From NCBI RefSeq assembly GCF_001194135.2, contig NC_069004.1, positions 16,344,652 to 16,408,651 of the forward strand: a DNA stretch of 64,000 bases, written 5' to 3'. The notes under the pieces were generated by a model. It made no database searches. It was not told where the DNA came from and saw only the letters and a list, made by a program, of their open reading frames with translations. The DNA comes from Octopus bimaculoides (taxonomy: Eukaryota). The translations under genes were made by a program, and so were the position numbers. Position 1 is the stretch's first letter; each line of letters opens with the position of its first letter. Below are positions 1 to 12,405 of the stretch, in pieces.

Positions 1-500
1 CAGCCTAACCCACACCCCACCCTTGCTTTCCCTACTCTCACCTCCCCACATCCCAAGACCACCACACCACACACCACTACACTATACACCACCATACCAC
101 ACACCACGATGCACACACTAGCACTGACCACTTCCCAGCCCCACATCATCATCCACACACCTACACATGCACACACGTACACATCAAGGTCAAGCCCTCT
201 TCCACATGTACATACATGCTCTCTTATACACATGCAACTTCGTTTTGGGATCACCACGACTTTATTATCTATCTCCCCTTCTTCCTAACTCTCCTGTGTG
301 ACCCCTCTGTCCAGCATTTGCCATGATAGATCGCTAGCCACTACACATTCTTTATTTTCTTTCCTTGTTTTTTTCTGTGTTCCTTTCTATGGAAGAGCAT
401 AGGCTCAAAACATTAAAGACTTTTTCACTTCCCGAGCGTTAAACTAATACATCTGTTTGTTGTCTACACCACCTGTCTTCGAATTTTGTTTTTTTTTTGT
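1..500 (+). mobile_element. Probable Penelope-like element terminal-repeat fragment (degenerate)
   Basis: C/A-rich body followed by ggaagagcataggctcaaaac (389-411), a decayed (C)TGAAGA-GAGC..GCTC-GAAAC hammerhead-like motif typical of PLE ends, then runs into (TA)n. Same architecture as 10415-10612. Confidence 0.45.
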
Positions 501-515
501 TGTGAATTCTCCCTA

Positions 516-535
516 TATATATATATATGTATGTC

Positions 536-569
<34 letters not shown>

Positions 570-597
570 TGCGTGTATGTGTGTGTGTGTGTGCGCG
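516..597. repeat. Compound (TA)n/(TG)n microsatellite
   Basis: Direct reading; explains ORFs 439..639, 457..657 and 486..698. Confidence 0.95.
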
Positions 598-689
598 CAC
601 AAGCTTCTGTGCAGTTTCTACCTTCCACATTTCATACACATATTAATCAGGCCATGATAAAAGAATCTCTTCCGATATGCTGCACTGCA

Positions 690-900
690 GCCATGTAGCA
701 GGAAAACAAACCACATAGATGTTCCTTGTGCATTGCAATGTTAATATCCTGGCAAATGTTTGAAGGCTGCAATACTCTTCATTTCGTTCCCAGAAATCAG
801 CAATATGGGTTCATGCCTCTCTCCAGGTAGATAGATATTCACAAATGCATGTGTCTATAGAGCATTTGCCTATATCTATTTTCATTAAAGTTCCCCTTTG
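690..900 (-). mobile_element. Highly decayed RTE-like RT C-terminal fragment
   Basis: Manual translation NIYLPGERHEPILLISGNEMKSIAAFKHLPGY* loosely resembles RTE/BovB 'MYQP..P..EP.I.I.G..L..V..F.YLGS'. Confidence 0.3.
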
Positions 901-1114
901 ATGTTTGCATGGCAGTAGGGCACTGATTTAAGGCTGGAATACAGATATATTAATGTCCTTTTTTTATCTGTCACCTAATGAATTTCTGACTTCATGGCTT
1001 CATCTATAGTTATTAATTAATGTAGTATAAATTACCACACTCTTGGCACTTTATCTTGTTTGACTTTCTACCTCTACTTGGACCCAGCACTCTAGTGAAG
1101 GGTCATGGGAACAG

Positions 1115-1152
<38 letters not shown>

Positions 1153-2485
1153 TAGATAATTGAGGTCAGCATGAGACAGTTTGTCAAACAATTATTAGTT
1201 CCATTAGAATGTTAGGTTATGTTGTGATTACATGTCTGTATATATGTATGCGTGTATGTATATGTACACACATAATCTCATTTATACATATGCATGGTGA
1301 CATACATGTCACAATTTTAAATAAGTTATAGAGAAGTGATAATATTTAGGCCTTTTTTTAGAGAACATTTACTGGTAGGCATTGGTGAAGGAACAGGCTG
1401 CTGAGGTAGAAGATGTGGTGGTGGGGTGATGGCAGTTTGTAATTTTCCTTCCCCTATTGTGGTTTGAGTATTTCTTTGAAATATTGCAGCAACACCTCTT
1501 CCCATTGACAGATAATTGCACATACACATATACATCCACAAGTATTTATGCATGCACAAAGACATACATACATACACACACATATGTATTGTAGTTAATT
1601 CAACTGACACTTGCAAGTGAAACAATAGAATGAATATTTTTCTTTTAGTTGTATTTATTTTTATAGTTGCCATTGTAATAGTTGTAGTAGTGGTAGTTGT
1701 CTTTCCTTCCAGATCCTAGGACAGGACATTGAGAAAAAGGAAGATAGGTTTTTAACATCTAGTTTAAAGGGCAGAAGGAAACTGGATGGGAAGTGAACAG
1801 TGAGAGGAGGAGGAGGAAGTGACAATAGCTTTAATATTGGTTGAGGTGATTATCTTAGCAGCAGCAGTAGTAGTAGTAGTAGTAGTAGCAGCAGCAGCAG
1901 CAGCAATCGTAGTGATGGTTATTGTTTTGTACATTGACACTAAACTACAAACCATTTTTTGCAGAGGTAAGATGAAATAGCAAGTTGCAATGGAAATATT
2001 TTTCTACTCAGTGTCATTATTAGCAGTGATTTTAGTGACAATAGATAGGGAAGAAAGGTTAAAGAAAGATGGCTCAAGTAAAATTTCTATACTTTTGAAA
2101 AGGATCAGTGAGAGGAGGAAGAGCCTGTTGAGGCTTCTGCGACTGGTACAGAAGGTAGAAACTTATCCTCAAACTAGAGATTTAGTCAACATGTTTCTAA
2201 CAGAGTCTGCCCAAGGACCAGATTGTAGTATTAAGTTAGATGATAGATTAAGTTCACCACCCAAGTTGACATACAGAGTGTGGTGTGCACACACACACAC
2301 CACATACCCACCTGTACTAATCTGAGTAGAAATGCTGTTCTTATATACACATAATTACAGCTTTTTATGTTCTGAGTTCCAGTTCCTCCAAAGTCATTTT
2401 TGCATTCCTTTTAGAGTTGATAAAATAAAGCACCAATTAAGTACTGGGGCTGATAGTATCTACTACTATTGATAATAATAATAAT

Positions 2486-3529
2486 AAGAGCACTCAGAGA
2501 ATGCAAACCTCCAACAAGGCAACACCAATGTCTTCTCAATGATTAGCTAGAGATGATTTTTAAAATGAGGATATCTGAAATAAACTTGACTGCTCTCACA
2601 AACAAGAATACTAAAAATGAACTTGACCACTCCCAAAAGTTAAGTAAAAAAACTGGGAAAATAATCCAGAATCCTTGTCCAGTACCTAATCAATCGCAAT
2701 GGTAGTCATGGAATGTGAAGGTGGGTGTGCAGGCTATGTTTGTAATGTTGTGTGTGTGTCATCTGCAGTGGGAACAGGGAGTTTTCTCTACGAAGGCCTT
2801 TTTAGTCTATCCACTGATATAGTGTCTTTACGACCATTAAGGTCTATAGAGAAAAATTTATCCGTGCATGAAAGAAAACGGAAAGGACCTGCATTCGGTG
2901 CTGTTAATGGAGGTTTAACAACATGGTTGCGCACAAAAACATGAATCCAAGAAGTAAAGCTTCCTTCAAGGCAGAGCTAGAAATGCAATTGTCAAGTAGG
3001 TCAGAGGTTTTAAACAGGAGCAATATATTCAAAATTAGTAAAACTAAAAATTCTTGAGGATAAATTAAATTTATTATTGTTACTGAATATGTTAGTGTTA
3101 TTTAATTTCTGAACAGTTTTGCTGCAGTTTATTTATGTAGTTTGGTTTATTTATCCATCAGTTTCTACTAAGATAGAGATGCAAGTAAAATTGATAACAG
3201 AAAAATGAAAATAAAACTTAGGAAACAGCAATGTCACCATAACTTATGTGGAAACCATGTTTGTGCTTTCTTGGGAGATAATCAGAGAAAGACTTGAAAG
3301 TGAATGTAAGATCGTAATACTTCATGTAAAGTAAATATAACTAATAATCCAGAATCCTTTTCCAATACCGGATCGATCCCAAGCTGTAATCAGTTTGTGC
3401 CAGTCACAAGGCCAAACATCCCTGAAAGTTTCATCTGAATTCATTCAGCGGTTCTTGAGATATCTTGTCCATGGACAAACAAACAAACATGACTAAAAAC
3501 AACACCTCCGCATTCGCTAAGGCGGAGGT
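2486..3529 (+). mobile_element. Non-autonomous element with subterminal inverted motif and 3' stem-loop (DINE-1/Helentron-HINE-like), split in two halves
   Basis: 5' half 2486-2697 has acctccaacaagg. 3' half 3343-3529 has a (caaa)n tract and a terminal hairpin acctccgc-attcgctaag-gcggaggt (3504-3529). Flanked by (TAA)n on both sides. ~35 nt (ataatccagaatcctt..) is present at both 2661 and 3343. Confidence 0.5.
2788..2952 (-). mobile_element. Ty3/Gypsy integrase C-terminal (GPY/F) remnant
   Basis: Manual translation SWIHVFVRNHVVKPPLTAPNAGPFRFLSCTDKFFSIDLNGRKDTISVDRLKRPS* matches the Gypsy 'HVFVR....PL..PY.GPF.V.......F.I...G..DTVS.DRLKP' signature. Not in the ORF track. Confidence 0.75.
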
Positions 3530-3542
3530 AATAATAATAATA

Positions 3543-3800
3543 ATAAAGCAGGAAGCTGACAGAATCGTTTGGTATGTCAAACAAAATGCTGAGCCACATT
3601 TCTTTCAGCTCTTTCCATCCTGAGCCCAAATCCTGATATCAACTTTGCTTTTAATTTTTTTTTTTCAGTAGGGGTGGGTGAGTGGTTGATAAAATAAATA
3701 TCAGTTCAGCACTAGGGTCATTGTAATCAACTAGCCCCTCTTCCCCATCCTCCCCACAAAAAAATTTGGTTTTTATGCCTACAGTAGAAATTATTATTAT
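3543..3800 (+). mobile_element. tRNA-headed SINE, family B (gagctggcagaatcgttag...)
   Basis: A-box-like agctgacagaatcg, conserved body gataaaataa.ta.cag..gcactggggtc, (att)n tail; homologous to the copies at 24.9-27.2 kb and 46.1 kb. Confidence 0.7.
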
Positions 3801-3939
3801 TATTATTGCAGGATATTGCTTTATAGTATTTCATTCTTGTTTCAAATCCTGCCTAAACTAACTTTAACTTTCATTTCTGTAGGTCTCTCAATAAAGTCGT
3901 TAACAATCATATACTGGAATTTATTGCCTGCTATCAATC

Positions 3940-4085
3940 ATTATCATCATTTAACATCCATTTTCCATGCTGGCGTGGGATGGACAGTTTGACAGGAGCT
4001 GGTAAAGTTGAAGGCTGCACCAGGCTCCATTGTCTGTTTTGGCATGGTTTCTACAACTGGATGCCTTTCCTAACAGCAACCACTT
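3940..4085 (-). mobile_element. RTE LINE 3' end
   Basis: catcatttaacatccattttccatgctggc... is the reverse of the (GAT)n-tailed RTE terminus seen attached to RTE ORF fragments elsewhere in the window. Confidence 0.75.
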
Positions 4086-4544
4086 TACATTGTCTCAACA
4101 ATTACTTCCATGCCAATAAAGAATACTTGATGTGGTCATTCCTGTTGTTAGAAAAATCAGCCAAATCTCTTCTATATCACATTTCATCATTGAAAAAAAA
4201 TTGAAATTATCAGAAACCAGAGAAAATTTTTTTTATTTTTAAAAAGTAATAGAAAATACAGGCTTTGGTACCCTATTCTTGAAGAAAATGACAAGATTGT
4301 TATGATTGGAACGTCTTTAAATTCTTTAATATTGAAATTTGTGAAAATTGTCATTGGTTGCATATTTCTAACCAATCTGTCATAAGTTCATAGTATTTTT
4401 GATAGTGAGGTTGACAAGGGAGTATTTAACTCAATGCAGAACAAATATTTCAAGGGACTTTGTAATGAACTGGTTTTTCATTTTTCTCGACAAATACACA
4501 TTCATGCACACATAATCCATTTTCTGTACTTGCATGGATCTTTT

Positions 4545-5400
4545 TGAGTTCCTTCTACTACACAAGTCTTGTTGCCACTTGTCATGAGATTCATTGTCAT
4601 GCAATCAGTCAATCTTCACTACTTCTTCTTATGGCTTTCTCTTCTGCTGGTTCTTTTCACTTGGGATCCCTTAGCACTTTGTCAACACTTATCTTCACAT
4701 ATTACATCACCACAGTCTCCTCTCTTGCACATTACATCTGATACTTTGTTAATCCAGTTTTTCTTTCAATGCATTTTGTGTTCTGTCTTTCATATTCACT
4801 AACATTACACATCCAGTGAAGTACGCTTCTCTCATTTCTTTCCAGCTTTCACTCACCGTCTGCATTCAATACTGCTCAGGTTTCACTGTCATGCTGTATT
4901 GCACATTGTGCCTGAGCATCATATAATCTTCCCTACATTTGAAGAATGATTCTCTTTGTTAAAAGAAAAGTGGTAAAAAGTCTGTGAACTTGTTTACTCT
5001 TATTCTGGCTACTATTCATTTGAACCTACCACCACTGCTAATTAGGTCACCTAATTATTAAAGCTATCAACTGCTTCTAGGGAACTTTTTGAGCACTTGA
5101 AAGAATTTATTTCACTGATGTTCTGACTACTGCTGTGTCTTTCTGTGTCAACCTGTCTGATTCCACAACACTATTTGTGTACCCATAGTTTACATTGGAT
5201 GCCCTGTGTGGAATGCCTACTTAGTCTTTTTCTGTATATCAAGCATGATTACATCCCAGATGGTAGTTGAGCCCTTAATTTCCTGTTGAGTAAAACATTT
5301 TTCTTTGCTGCATTTACTTTAGCCTCTCAAGTCTTGGCAATGCTTGAAATTTCTTCTCTACATTTCAGCCCATTTAACCATGGTTCAACTTGGAGCTAAA
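4545..5400 (-). mobile_element. Degenerate RTE LINE C-terminal region
   Basis: Nucleotide similarity to 7250-7800 and 21050-21550 (e.g. ctctcttgcac, cactaacattacacatcca, catataatcttcc). Confidence 0.6.
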
Positions 5401-6379
5401 TAACAGCAGTTATAAAATTATACTACTGTTAATTGGTGACAGTTTTCAGTGTTTGTGGGGTGAAAATAGTTCTCAATTGGGGGTGGGGAAATCAATCATA
5501 ATTCCATTCATTTGTGTTTCTGAAGATTGTGCATTTATTTTATATTACATTTTAAAAATTTGAAAATTCTTCTCTGGTTTTTGAGAATTTCAAGTTTAGA
5601 TTTTTTTTGAATTCATCATTTGGAACAAAATAAAATGAAATATTTTTCAAACACAGCTGTTTTTTCCTTGAAATCTTCTTGAAATATTGTGTGTGTGTGT
5701 GCATTTACACACACACACCTAGTGTTAAAGTGTTGATAATGTCATAATGAAAGAGAATGGCAAACTGAGACTTTAACTTCCTTTATTTCCCACTCACACC
5801 CCTCTATTTACTACCCACCCTTTTCATATACCACCACTCTTATGCACTATCTTCTGTTCATTGGTATTGTTTTCACCCAATACGACCCACCTTTTTCATT
5901 TTCAAATGAAGTACTGTCTCTTCACTAACAAATTTATGGTTTGGACAAGCTTCACTACTACTGTTACTACTATTACTACTACTACTACAAACAGTAGCAG
6001 CAGCACCACCACCACCACCACCACCACCACTACTACTACTACAACAGTTACTACTGCAGCAACAACTGCACAGCTTGCTAATACAATAACAATAACATTT
6101 CCCAACAAACTTTTAGAAACAGCAAACAACACCTAACGAAAATTGTAAATAATACTCTAGAAATATGATATTGCTTTTTATTTACACTTTGGTTGTTTTG
6201 AAAGAGATTTGTGTACATAGTGTGTATGTGTATGGATTTGCATGTATGTATGTGTTGGGGTGGTGTACTTGTGTGATTGCATGTGTTGGGTGGGGTGTAT
6301 TTGTATACGTTGGCAAGATTATGTGTGGGTGGGGTTACATTTGTGTTTCTTGGTGAATGTGTATGGGAAGAATAATGTG

Positions 6380-6414
<35 letters not shown>

Positions 6415-6639
6415 AATACACCCACAAGAAAAAACATGTTTATAAATTAATTTAGTCATTAAAGGTAAATACACATGTAATGAAACACATGCCTAGTAAG
6501 ACTGAGTGAAGGTAGAAATTATTGTGCCCTTCTGACAATGTATTTAATTCACTCTAGAGCTGAATGCAGGGTTATGCAGGGCAGGTACATAAGGCTTGAG
6601 AACTACTGAAAGCTACACCCATCTAACATCAAAATTGTT

Positions 6640-6737
6640 GCCTTTTATTGAATTATGAATTCTATGTCTGGGAGTTCCCTGCCTGAGAATCAAACCTACA
6701 ATCATGTGATCATGAGTGCAACACCCTAACCACTATG

Positions 6738-6740
<3 letters not shown>
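6640..6740 (-). mobile_element. tRNA-derived SINE head (family D)
   Basis: Reverse strand agcatagtggttagggtgttgcactcatgatc..gtaggtttgattc has A/B boxes; similar to 14612-14700. Confidence 0.5.
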
Positions 6741-6825
<85 letters not shown>

Positions 6826-6875
6826 CTACATATATGTGTGTGTATGTATGTATGTATGTATATATATAGATATAG

Positions 6876-7805
6876 TCATTGTCATCTTCATTTAATATCC
6901 ATTGTCTATGCTAGCATGGTTTCTACTGGCAGCTGGATGCCCTTCCTAACATCAACCACTTTACTGAGTGTGCTGAGGCTTTTATGTGGCACTGCATAGA
7001 TGCTTTTACGTCATGCTACACAGGCACTTTTACATGATGTCACATGGTTGCTTTTATGTGTTGCTGCACAGGCACTTTTACATGTCACCACACATGTACT
7101 TTTACATGTTGCCGCAGAGGTGCTTTTATGTGGCACTGCACAGGCATTTTTGCATAGCACCACTATGAGTGTTTTACACAGTCAGAAGGATTGGTCCTAA
7201 CACTTCTGCTGCAGGGTACAGGTCTTCTTGAGTACAGCCAGGTGCTAGGTATCTCACTCCTTTGTCATCTCGCCTGAAAGGTTCAGCTTCCTGAAGTTGT
7301 TCTTCAGTACTTCATCCCATGCCTTCCTGGGTCTCCCTCTTCCACATGTTCCATCCACTCTGAGAGACCAGCTCTTCTTTATGAAGCTGTCAGCATCCCT
7401 CCACATCACATGACCAAACCAACACAGTCTTCTCTCTTGCACACAGCAACAAATTCCTCTTATGCCTAATTTCTCTCTCGGAACACTGGCACTCTGTTGA
7501 ACATGTGTACTTACATTATACATGTAGCAGAGCATACAAGCTTTATTCCTTTCTAATCTTCACATGTCCTCTGCATTCATGGCCCACATCTTACCACCAT
7601 GTAGAATTGCTATCCATATACATGCATCATACAATCTTCCTTTCACTTGGAGAGAGAAACCTTTCATGGTCAACAGTGGCAACAGCTTTCTGAATTTCCT
7701 CCATCCTATTCGTATTCTAGTTATCACACCCTCCATGCATCCCACTACTAATTTGGTTCCCTAGGTAGCAGAAACTATCTACTTCCTCTAATGAGCCATC
7801 AGGGT
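6876..7805 (-). mobile_element. RTE-clade LINE 3' fragment (RT C-terminus, 3' UTR with 24-nt repeats, tail)
   Basis: ORFs 7560..7745 (RIRIGWRKFRKLLPLL..KGRLYDACI..AILHGGKMW) and 7254..7535 (RRLCWFGHVMWR..GRGRPRKAWDEV) are canonical RTE C-terminal motifs; tandem gcttttatgtggcactgcacag units at 6975-7165. Confidence 0.9.
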
Positions 7806-7825
7806 ATTTGAGAGATACATCTTTT

Positions 7826-8012
7826 ATCTTTTACTTGTTTCAGTCATGCTGCGACACTACCTTAATGGAATTTTTAGTTAAACAAATTAATCCCAGTACT
7901 TCTTTTTTAAAGTCTAGTACTTATTCTATTAATTCCTTTTGCTGAACCACTGAGTTACGGGTATATAAACAAACCAACACCAGCTGGCAAGCAGTGGAGC
8001 CAGGGACACAAA

Positions 8013-8058
<46 letters not shown>
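7826..8058 (-). mobile_element. SINE family A, 3' half
   Basis: acttgtttcagtcat...tagtacttattctat...ccttttgctgaaccactgagttacggg; homologous to 14166-14260. Confidence 0.75.
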
Positions 8059-8343
8059 NNNNNNNNNNNNNNNNNNNNNNNNNNNNNNNNNNNNNNNNNN
8101 NNNNNNNNNNNNNNNNNNNNNNNNNNNNNNNNNNNNNNNNNNNNNNNNNNNNNNNNNNNNNNNNNNNNNNNNNNNNNNNNNNNNNNNNNNNNNNNNNNNN
8201 NNNNNNNNNNNNNNNNNNNNNNNNNNNNNNNNNNNNNNNNNNNNNNNNNNNNNNNNNNNNNNNNNNNNNNNNNNNNNNNNNNNNNNNNNNNNNNNNNNNN
8301 NNNNNNNNNNNNNNNNNNNNNNNNNNNNNNNNNNNNNNNNNNN
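8059..8343. other. Assembly gap (N run)
   Basis: N run flanked by (CA)n and (TA)n. Confidence 1.
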
Positions 8344-8404
<61 letters not shown>

Positions 8405-8554
8405 CCTTACTCACAAGCCCTATTTTATCATGCTGGCATAGGTTGATGGTTTGATATGAATTAACAAGCCAGAGGGCTGTGCTGAGGTTTGACATAGTTT
8501 CTAATTATAGGCCTGCTTGATTTGTGTTGAATTGTCTAAGCAACAAGTTAGCCT

Positions 8555-8750
8555 CTACATGGTTGTTCAATCTGCTACAAATAGCAGCCAAATCTCCTTC
8601 AAACAACATACTATCTTGAAAAAAAGCACTCATAGGATATTATAGTCCATGACATACTGTACTTTGAAAAATTGACAGGATGACATAGCTGAAATATTTT
8701 TGACCACTGCTGCACTCAATCAAAGCTGACCTGGAGCTAAACAACATTTG
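8555..8750 (+). mobile_element. Dispersed repeat / SINE family C (aaatagcagccaaatctc...gctgacctggagctaaacaac)
   Basis: Recurs at about 9240-9410 (+), 10890-11090 (-), 48040-48230 (-), 50600-50810 (+), 60590-60760 (+), 60870-61000 (-) and 63880-64000 (+). Confidence 0.6.
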
Positions 8751-9612
8751 AGAAATCTAACATAAAAACCAAACACAGAAAGAGAAGTGATTAATATAAT
8801 TAGTAATTACTTGTTGAAAGATTGCTTCCTCTCTGGTCACTTTTAGTAGTGTTCTAGCTAACTGTAGTCTTCATTATATTATACAACATGGCCTGGAGCT
8901 ATGCAGCACATAGCTAGGATATATCTTTTTTGACATTTAGTCTGATTAAAAGTTGTGGTAATGGTCAAAGCAGAGTTAAAGTGGACCTAATTCCTTCAGA
9001 ATTGTGCAGCAGCTCATAATCTAGTGTAATTATGGATGTTGTTGTTTTGGTATTTAGAAGTGTTATTCTGCTTTAGAGTACAGACAAACCAGCAACATTC
9101 GGACAACAAGATGAGGGTTGATGTAGTTCAGTATGAAATATGTTGTAGTATTTTTTAGTGTGGGGTCAGTTTATGTTGACGAGAGAGAACTACAAAGATA
9201 TTCAGTTGAACCAGTAAAGGACACTATACTTGCTCAATCTTTTGGAAATAGCAGCCAAATCTCCCTCAAATCAATACTTACCACCTTAAAAATATATGGG
9301 ATAATGATTTCTGAATACAATGTCTGAAAATACAATGGGATGGTAGGAGTTGGAACGCCTTTAATCATAAATTTGGTCATTCAGTTTTGACCTGGAGTTA
9401 CAAACTGCAATAAGATATGCAGTAGTTAGTTAAACACGTCATGGATATACTTAATAATGATTGACTCCACCTTTCACTTTCATTGTTCAAAAATCCCAAT
9501 AATTACCCAGTCAACTGTAAACCATCTTACTGGTATCAAATATATTTTGTGCTGGATTTTGAAAGTCAGTAATATAGGATTGTCAGATTTATTAGCATGT
9601 CAGTTACATTGC

Positions 9613-9712
9613 CTGGTGTAGCCATCCGGTTGCACCAGTCCTCAGTCAAATCGTCCAACCCATGCTAGCATGGAAAGCGGACGTTAAACGATGATGATGA
9701 TGATGATGATGA
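9613..9712 (+). mobile_element. Young RTE 3' terminal copy with (GAT)n tail
   Basis: Identical over ~85 nt to 31861-31945; CpGs retained. Confidence 0.9.
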
Positions 9713-10059
9713 GTGAAAGTCATGTGGAGGTAAAATTTGCCTTTCATTCTGCTGGGGCTGATAAAATAAAATATCAGTTAAATAGTGGGAGGTGATTTCA
9801 CTGATTATACTCCCCCCCCCCCATAAATCATGTGACTCAGTCAGTGTAAAAATTGATATGAAAACTTAGATAAAGAAGATATTACTTAATTTTGAATATC
9901 AAATTTACACTGCTGAGTTCAGCATTGTAAACACTCCAAGCTAAATTGATCCGTGGAGTAATAAATAAGAGATCTTAATTAGAAAGGTTCAAAATAAATG
10001 GTATGAAAAATTTGGAAATTTGTTGTTATATTGGCATTAAAGAGTTTTTTATAATATTC

Positions 10060-10200
10060 TGGTTAAGAAGTTTGCTTCAGAATCATATACTTTCAGGTTC
10101 AGTTCCACTGGGCAAACTGTCTTACACAGTAACCCCAGACAGATGATGTTGGATTTGATTACTGGAAACTGAGGAAGCTCATTGTACACGTGTCTATAAA
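10060..10200 (+). mobile_element. SINE family A 5' part (degenerate)
   Basis: ggttaagaagtttgcttc..caggttcagttccactgggcaa...ggaaactgaggaagc. Confidence 0.6.
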
Positions 10201-10414
10201 TATATGTATCTATATATCTTTTGCTGATATATATCCGTGAAAAATGTGAACCATTATTGTGAAAAACAGTGCTCTCAAATAAAAATACTCTACATTTGTT
10301 CTACCGAACTAAACAACTTCCTTGTCACTCTTGCCACAAAATATACATTGAACAAGTGTTGACCTACCAAAGACTTGTAACTGAATGATATATATATATA
10401 TATATAGTCAATCT

Positions 10415-10612
10415 AAACATGAACAAGCAGGAAGAAACATGAAAAAACAACAATGTGAGGACGTGGAATAAGTACAGTGTTATTGGACGCTCAGGAAAGG
10501 AAAGAAAAGAAAAGAGGATTCCAATTTTTGAGTGGAGCTCTTCATCAGAAATATAGGAAAAGTCCAAAAAAGGGAAGACAGAGAAAGAAAATTGCCAACG
10601 ATGCGCACACGG
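10415..10612 (-). mobile_element. Penelope-like terminal-repeat fragment with decayed hammerhead motif
   Basis: Minus strand reads ..tatttCTGATGAagagctccactcAAAAattgg.. (core at 10542-10548, GAAA decayed to AAAA), ending in (TA)n. Confidence 0.55.
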
Positions 10613-11269
10613 TCACACACATATATATATATATGTGTGGATGGATGGATGGATGGATGGATGGATGGATGGATGGATGGATGAAAAAGTGTTATTCTAG
10701 ATGCTATATATAGTGAATGTAGAGGCTCTACAGAACCTCTTTTAGAGAGACAGAACTATACCTCTTCTACAGAAAAGGTAAAATTGGATATTCAGCATAA
10801 ATTTATATCAAAGATTATGTGTAAGTGACCAGTTTATGCAAGAGACAGGCCAGTAGTTGACAGAATTAATGATGAATGGAAGATGAAGAGGTTAAAAGAT
10901 AATGCTTGTTGCTGTTTAGCCCCAGATCAGCCCGGATCAAGAAAATGTTTCATCATAGATGTTCTAGCTGTGACCGTCCATCATTTTTACAGGCATGTTA
11001 TTCCATGTCTCCTTCCTTTTTTTTTAAGCTAGTAGAGTATAATTTGAAGCAGATTTGTTAGCTATTTTTAGCAAGTCAAATGACTATATAAAGGCTTCTT
11101 CTTTGACACAAAGTGATAGATTTTTTTTAGTGGTTTAGTCAGAGGAGAAAGAACAGTGTCCATGATAAATTGAGCAGGATAAATTGAGGAAGTTATTCTT
11201 AAGATGGACCCAGGGTGAAGTGATGATGTTAAACAGAGCAATAGATTGTGTCAACCAACAGCAAAAACA

Positions 11270-11405
11270 GTCCTACACAGTTTCCATCTATTAAATAAAA
11301 TTCAACACTTTAGTTGATCCAAAGCTATATTGGAAGACAAAATGTTTCACTGTGGGATTGAGCCCAAAATACATAGTTGTGAAACAAACTTCTTAATTCC
11401 ACAGA
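11270..11405 (-). mobile_element. SINE family A 5' part (degenerate)
   Basis: cagtttccatcta..tagttgatccaaagctatattggaagacaa..gtgggattgagccc..cttcttaattccacag. Confidence 0.6.
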
Positions 11406-11673
11406 CAGAAGTAGACCCAAGTAAATTTGGCTAAAAGCAGAAACAGTTAAGACAGCCATGGGGATATTGGGTTCAGTATTTGGAATAATACAGGATCAAG
11501 ACACAAATAATTGATACTAGTGAGACCCATGAATATTCCACAGAATTAATGGTGAACCTACTAGGTTACTCCTGAAAACTTTATCCAAAAAAGCCTATGT
11601 TGTGTTTATATCAAAAGATAGTCGCTCATATGCTAATCATTGAAAAATGATGGAAATTGGAATATGCTTTTTC

Positions 11674-11817
11674 ATCATCATCATCATCATCGTTTAACGT
11701 CCGCTTTCCATGCTAGCATGGGTTGGACGATTTGACTGAGGACTGGTGAAACCAGATGGCAACACCAGGCTCCAATCTAAATTTGGCAGAGTTTCTACAG
11801 CTGGATGCCCTTCCTGC
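11674..11817 (-). mobile_element. Young RTE 3' terminal copy
   Basis: (cat)n cgtttaacgtccgctttccatgctagcatgggttggacgatttgactgaggactgg; near-identical to the 9613 and 31861 copies. Confidence 0.9.
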
Positions 11818-12115
11818 CCAATTTTATAGATTTAATACACATCACTCATGAAATACATATTCACTCATATTTTCCCATTTTTTCCATAAACAGAAAAAAT
11901 TACATTTTAAAATTTACATAGTCACAATTTCATATCTAGAAGACGAAAATTTTATAGTTAAAAAAAATTATTTTATATGTAAAATATAGGGGTCACAATT
12001 TCACAGGAGTTAAAATTTAATGCAACATGGCATACTCTGAAAACTTCATCGTTGGTAACTTATAAGCCAAGGTAATGGGTCAGAGCCAATACACATTTCA
12101 GTTTGCATACATCTT

Positions 12116-12405
12116 TCAATCCAATACTTCTTTGCAGACTTTGTTCTTCGTGTTAGTTCTCACTCTTCTTTTCCCTTGTTTGTCAGTATTGATAACTTTA
12201 ACTCTCACATCAGATAATTTGCAAGCCCTTGAGAATGCAACATATAGCCCTTGAGAATGCAACATGGCTGAATACAAGTTCAGACAAGAACAGCCCCACT
12301 TTATCATATGTCTGCCTTTGTGATTTATTAATAGTCATTGCATAGTGACAGGCAGATGGGAAAATGGCTTCTTTCTAAAATGAAGGGCAAGTTTGGGATG
12401 AACAT
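12116..12405 (-). mobile_element. Helitron RepHel helicase C-terminal remnant
   Basis: Frameshifted translation LPFILERSHFPI..YAMTINKSQRQTYDKVGLFLSE.VFSH..LYVAFSRACKLSDVRVKV...TKNKVCKEVLD* contains the PIF1-type helicase motifs of Helitron termini; 23-nt internal duplication near 12225-12265. Confidence 0.85.

Noticed and set aside
1990-2325. 111-aa plus-strand ORF
   Set aside because: No recognisable domain, ends in a (CA) tract, no convincing splice signals; cannot be assigned.
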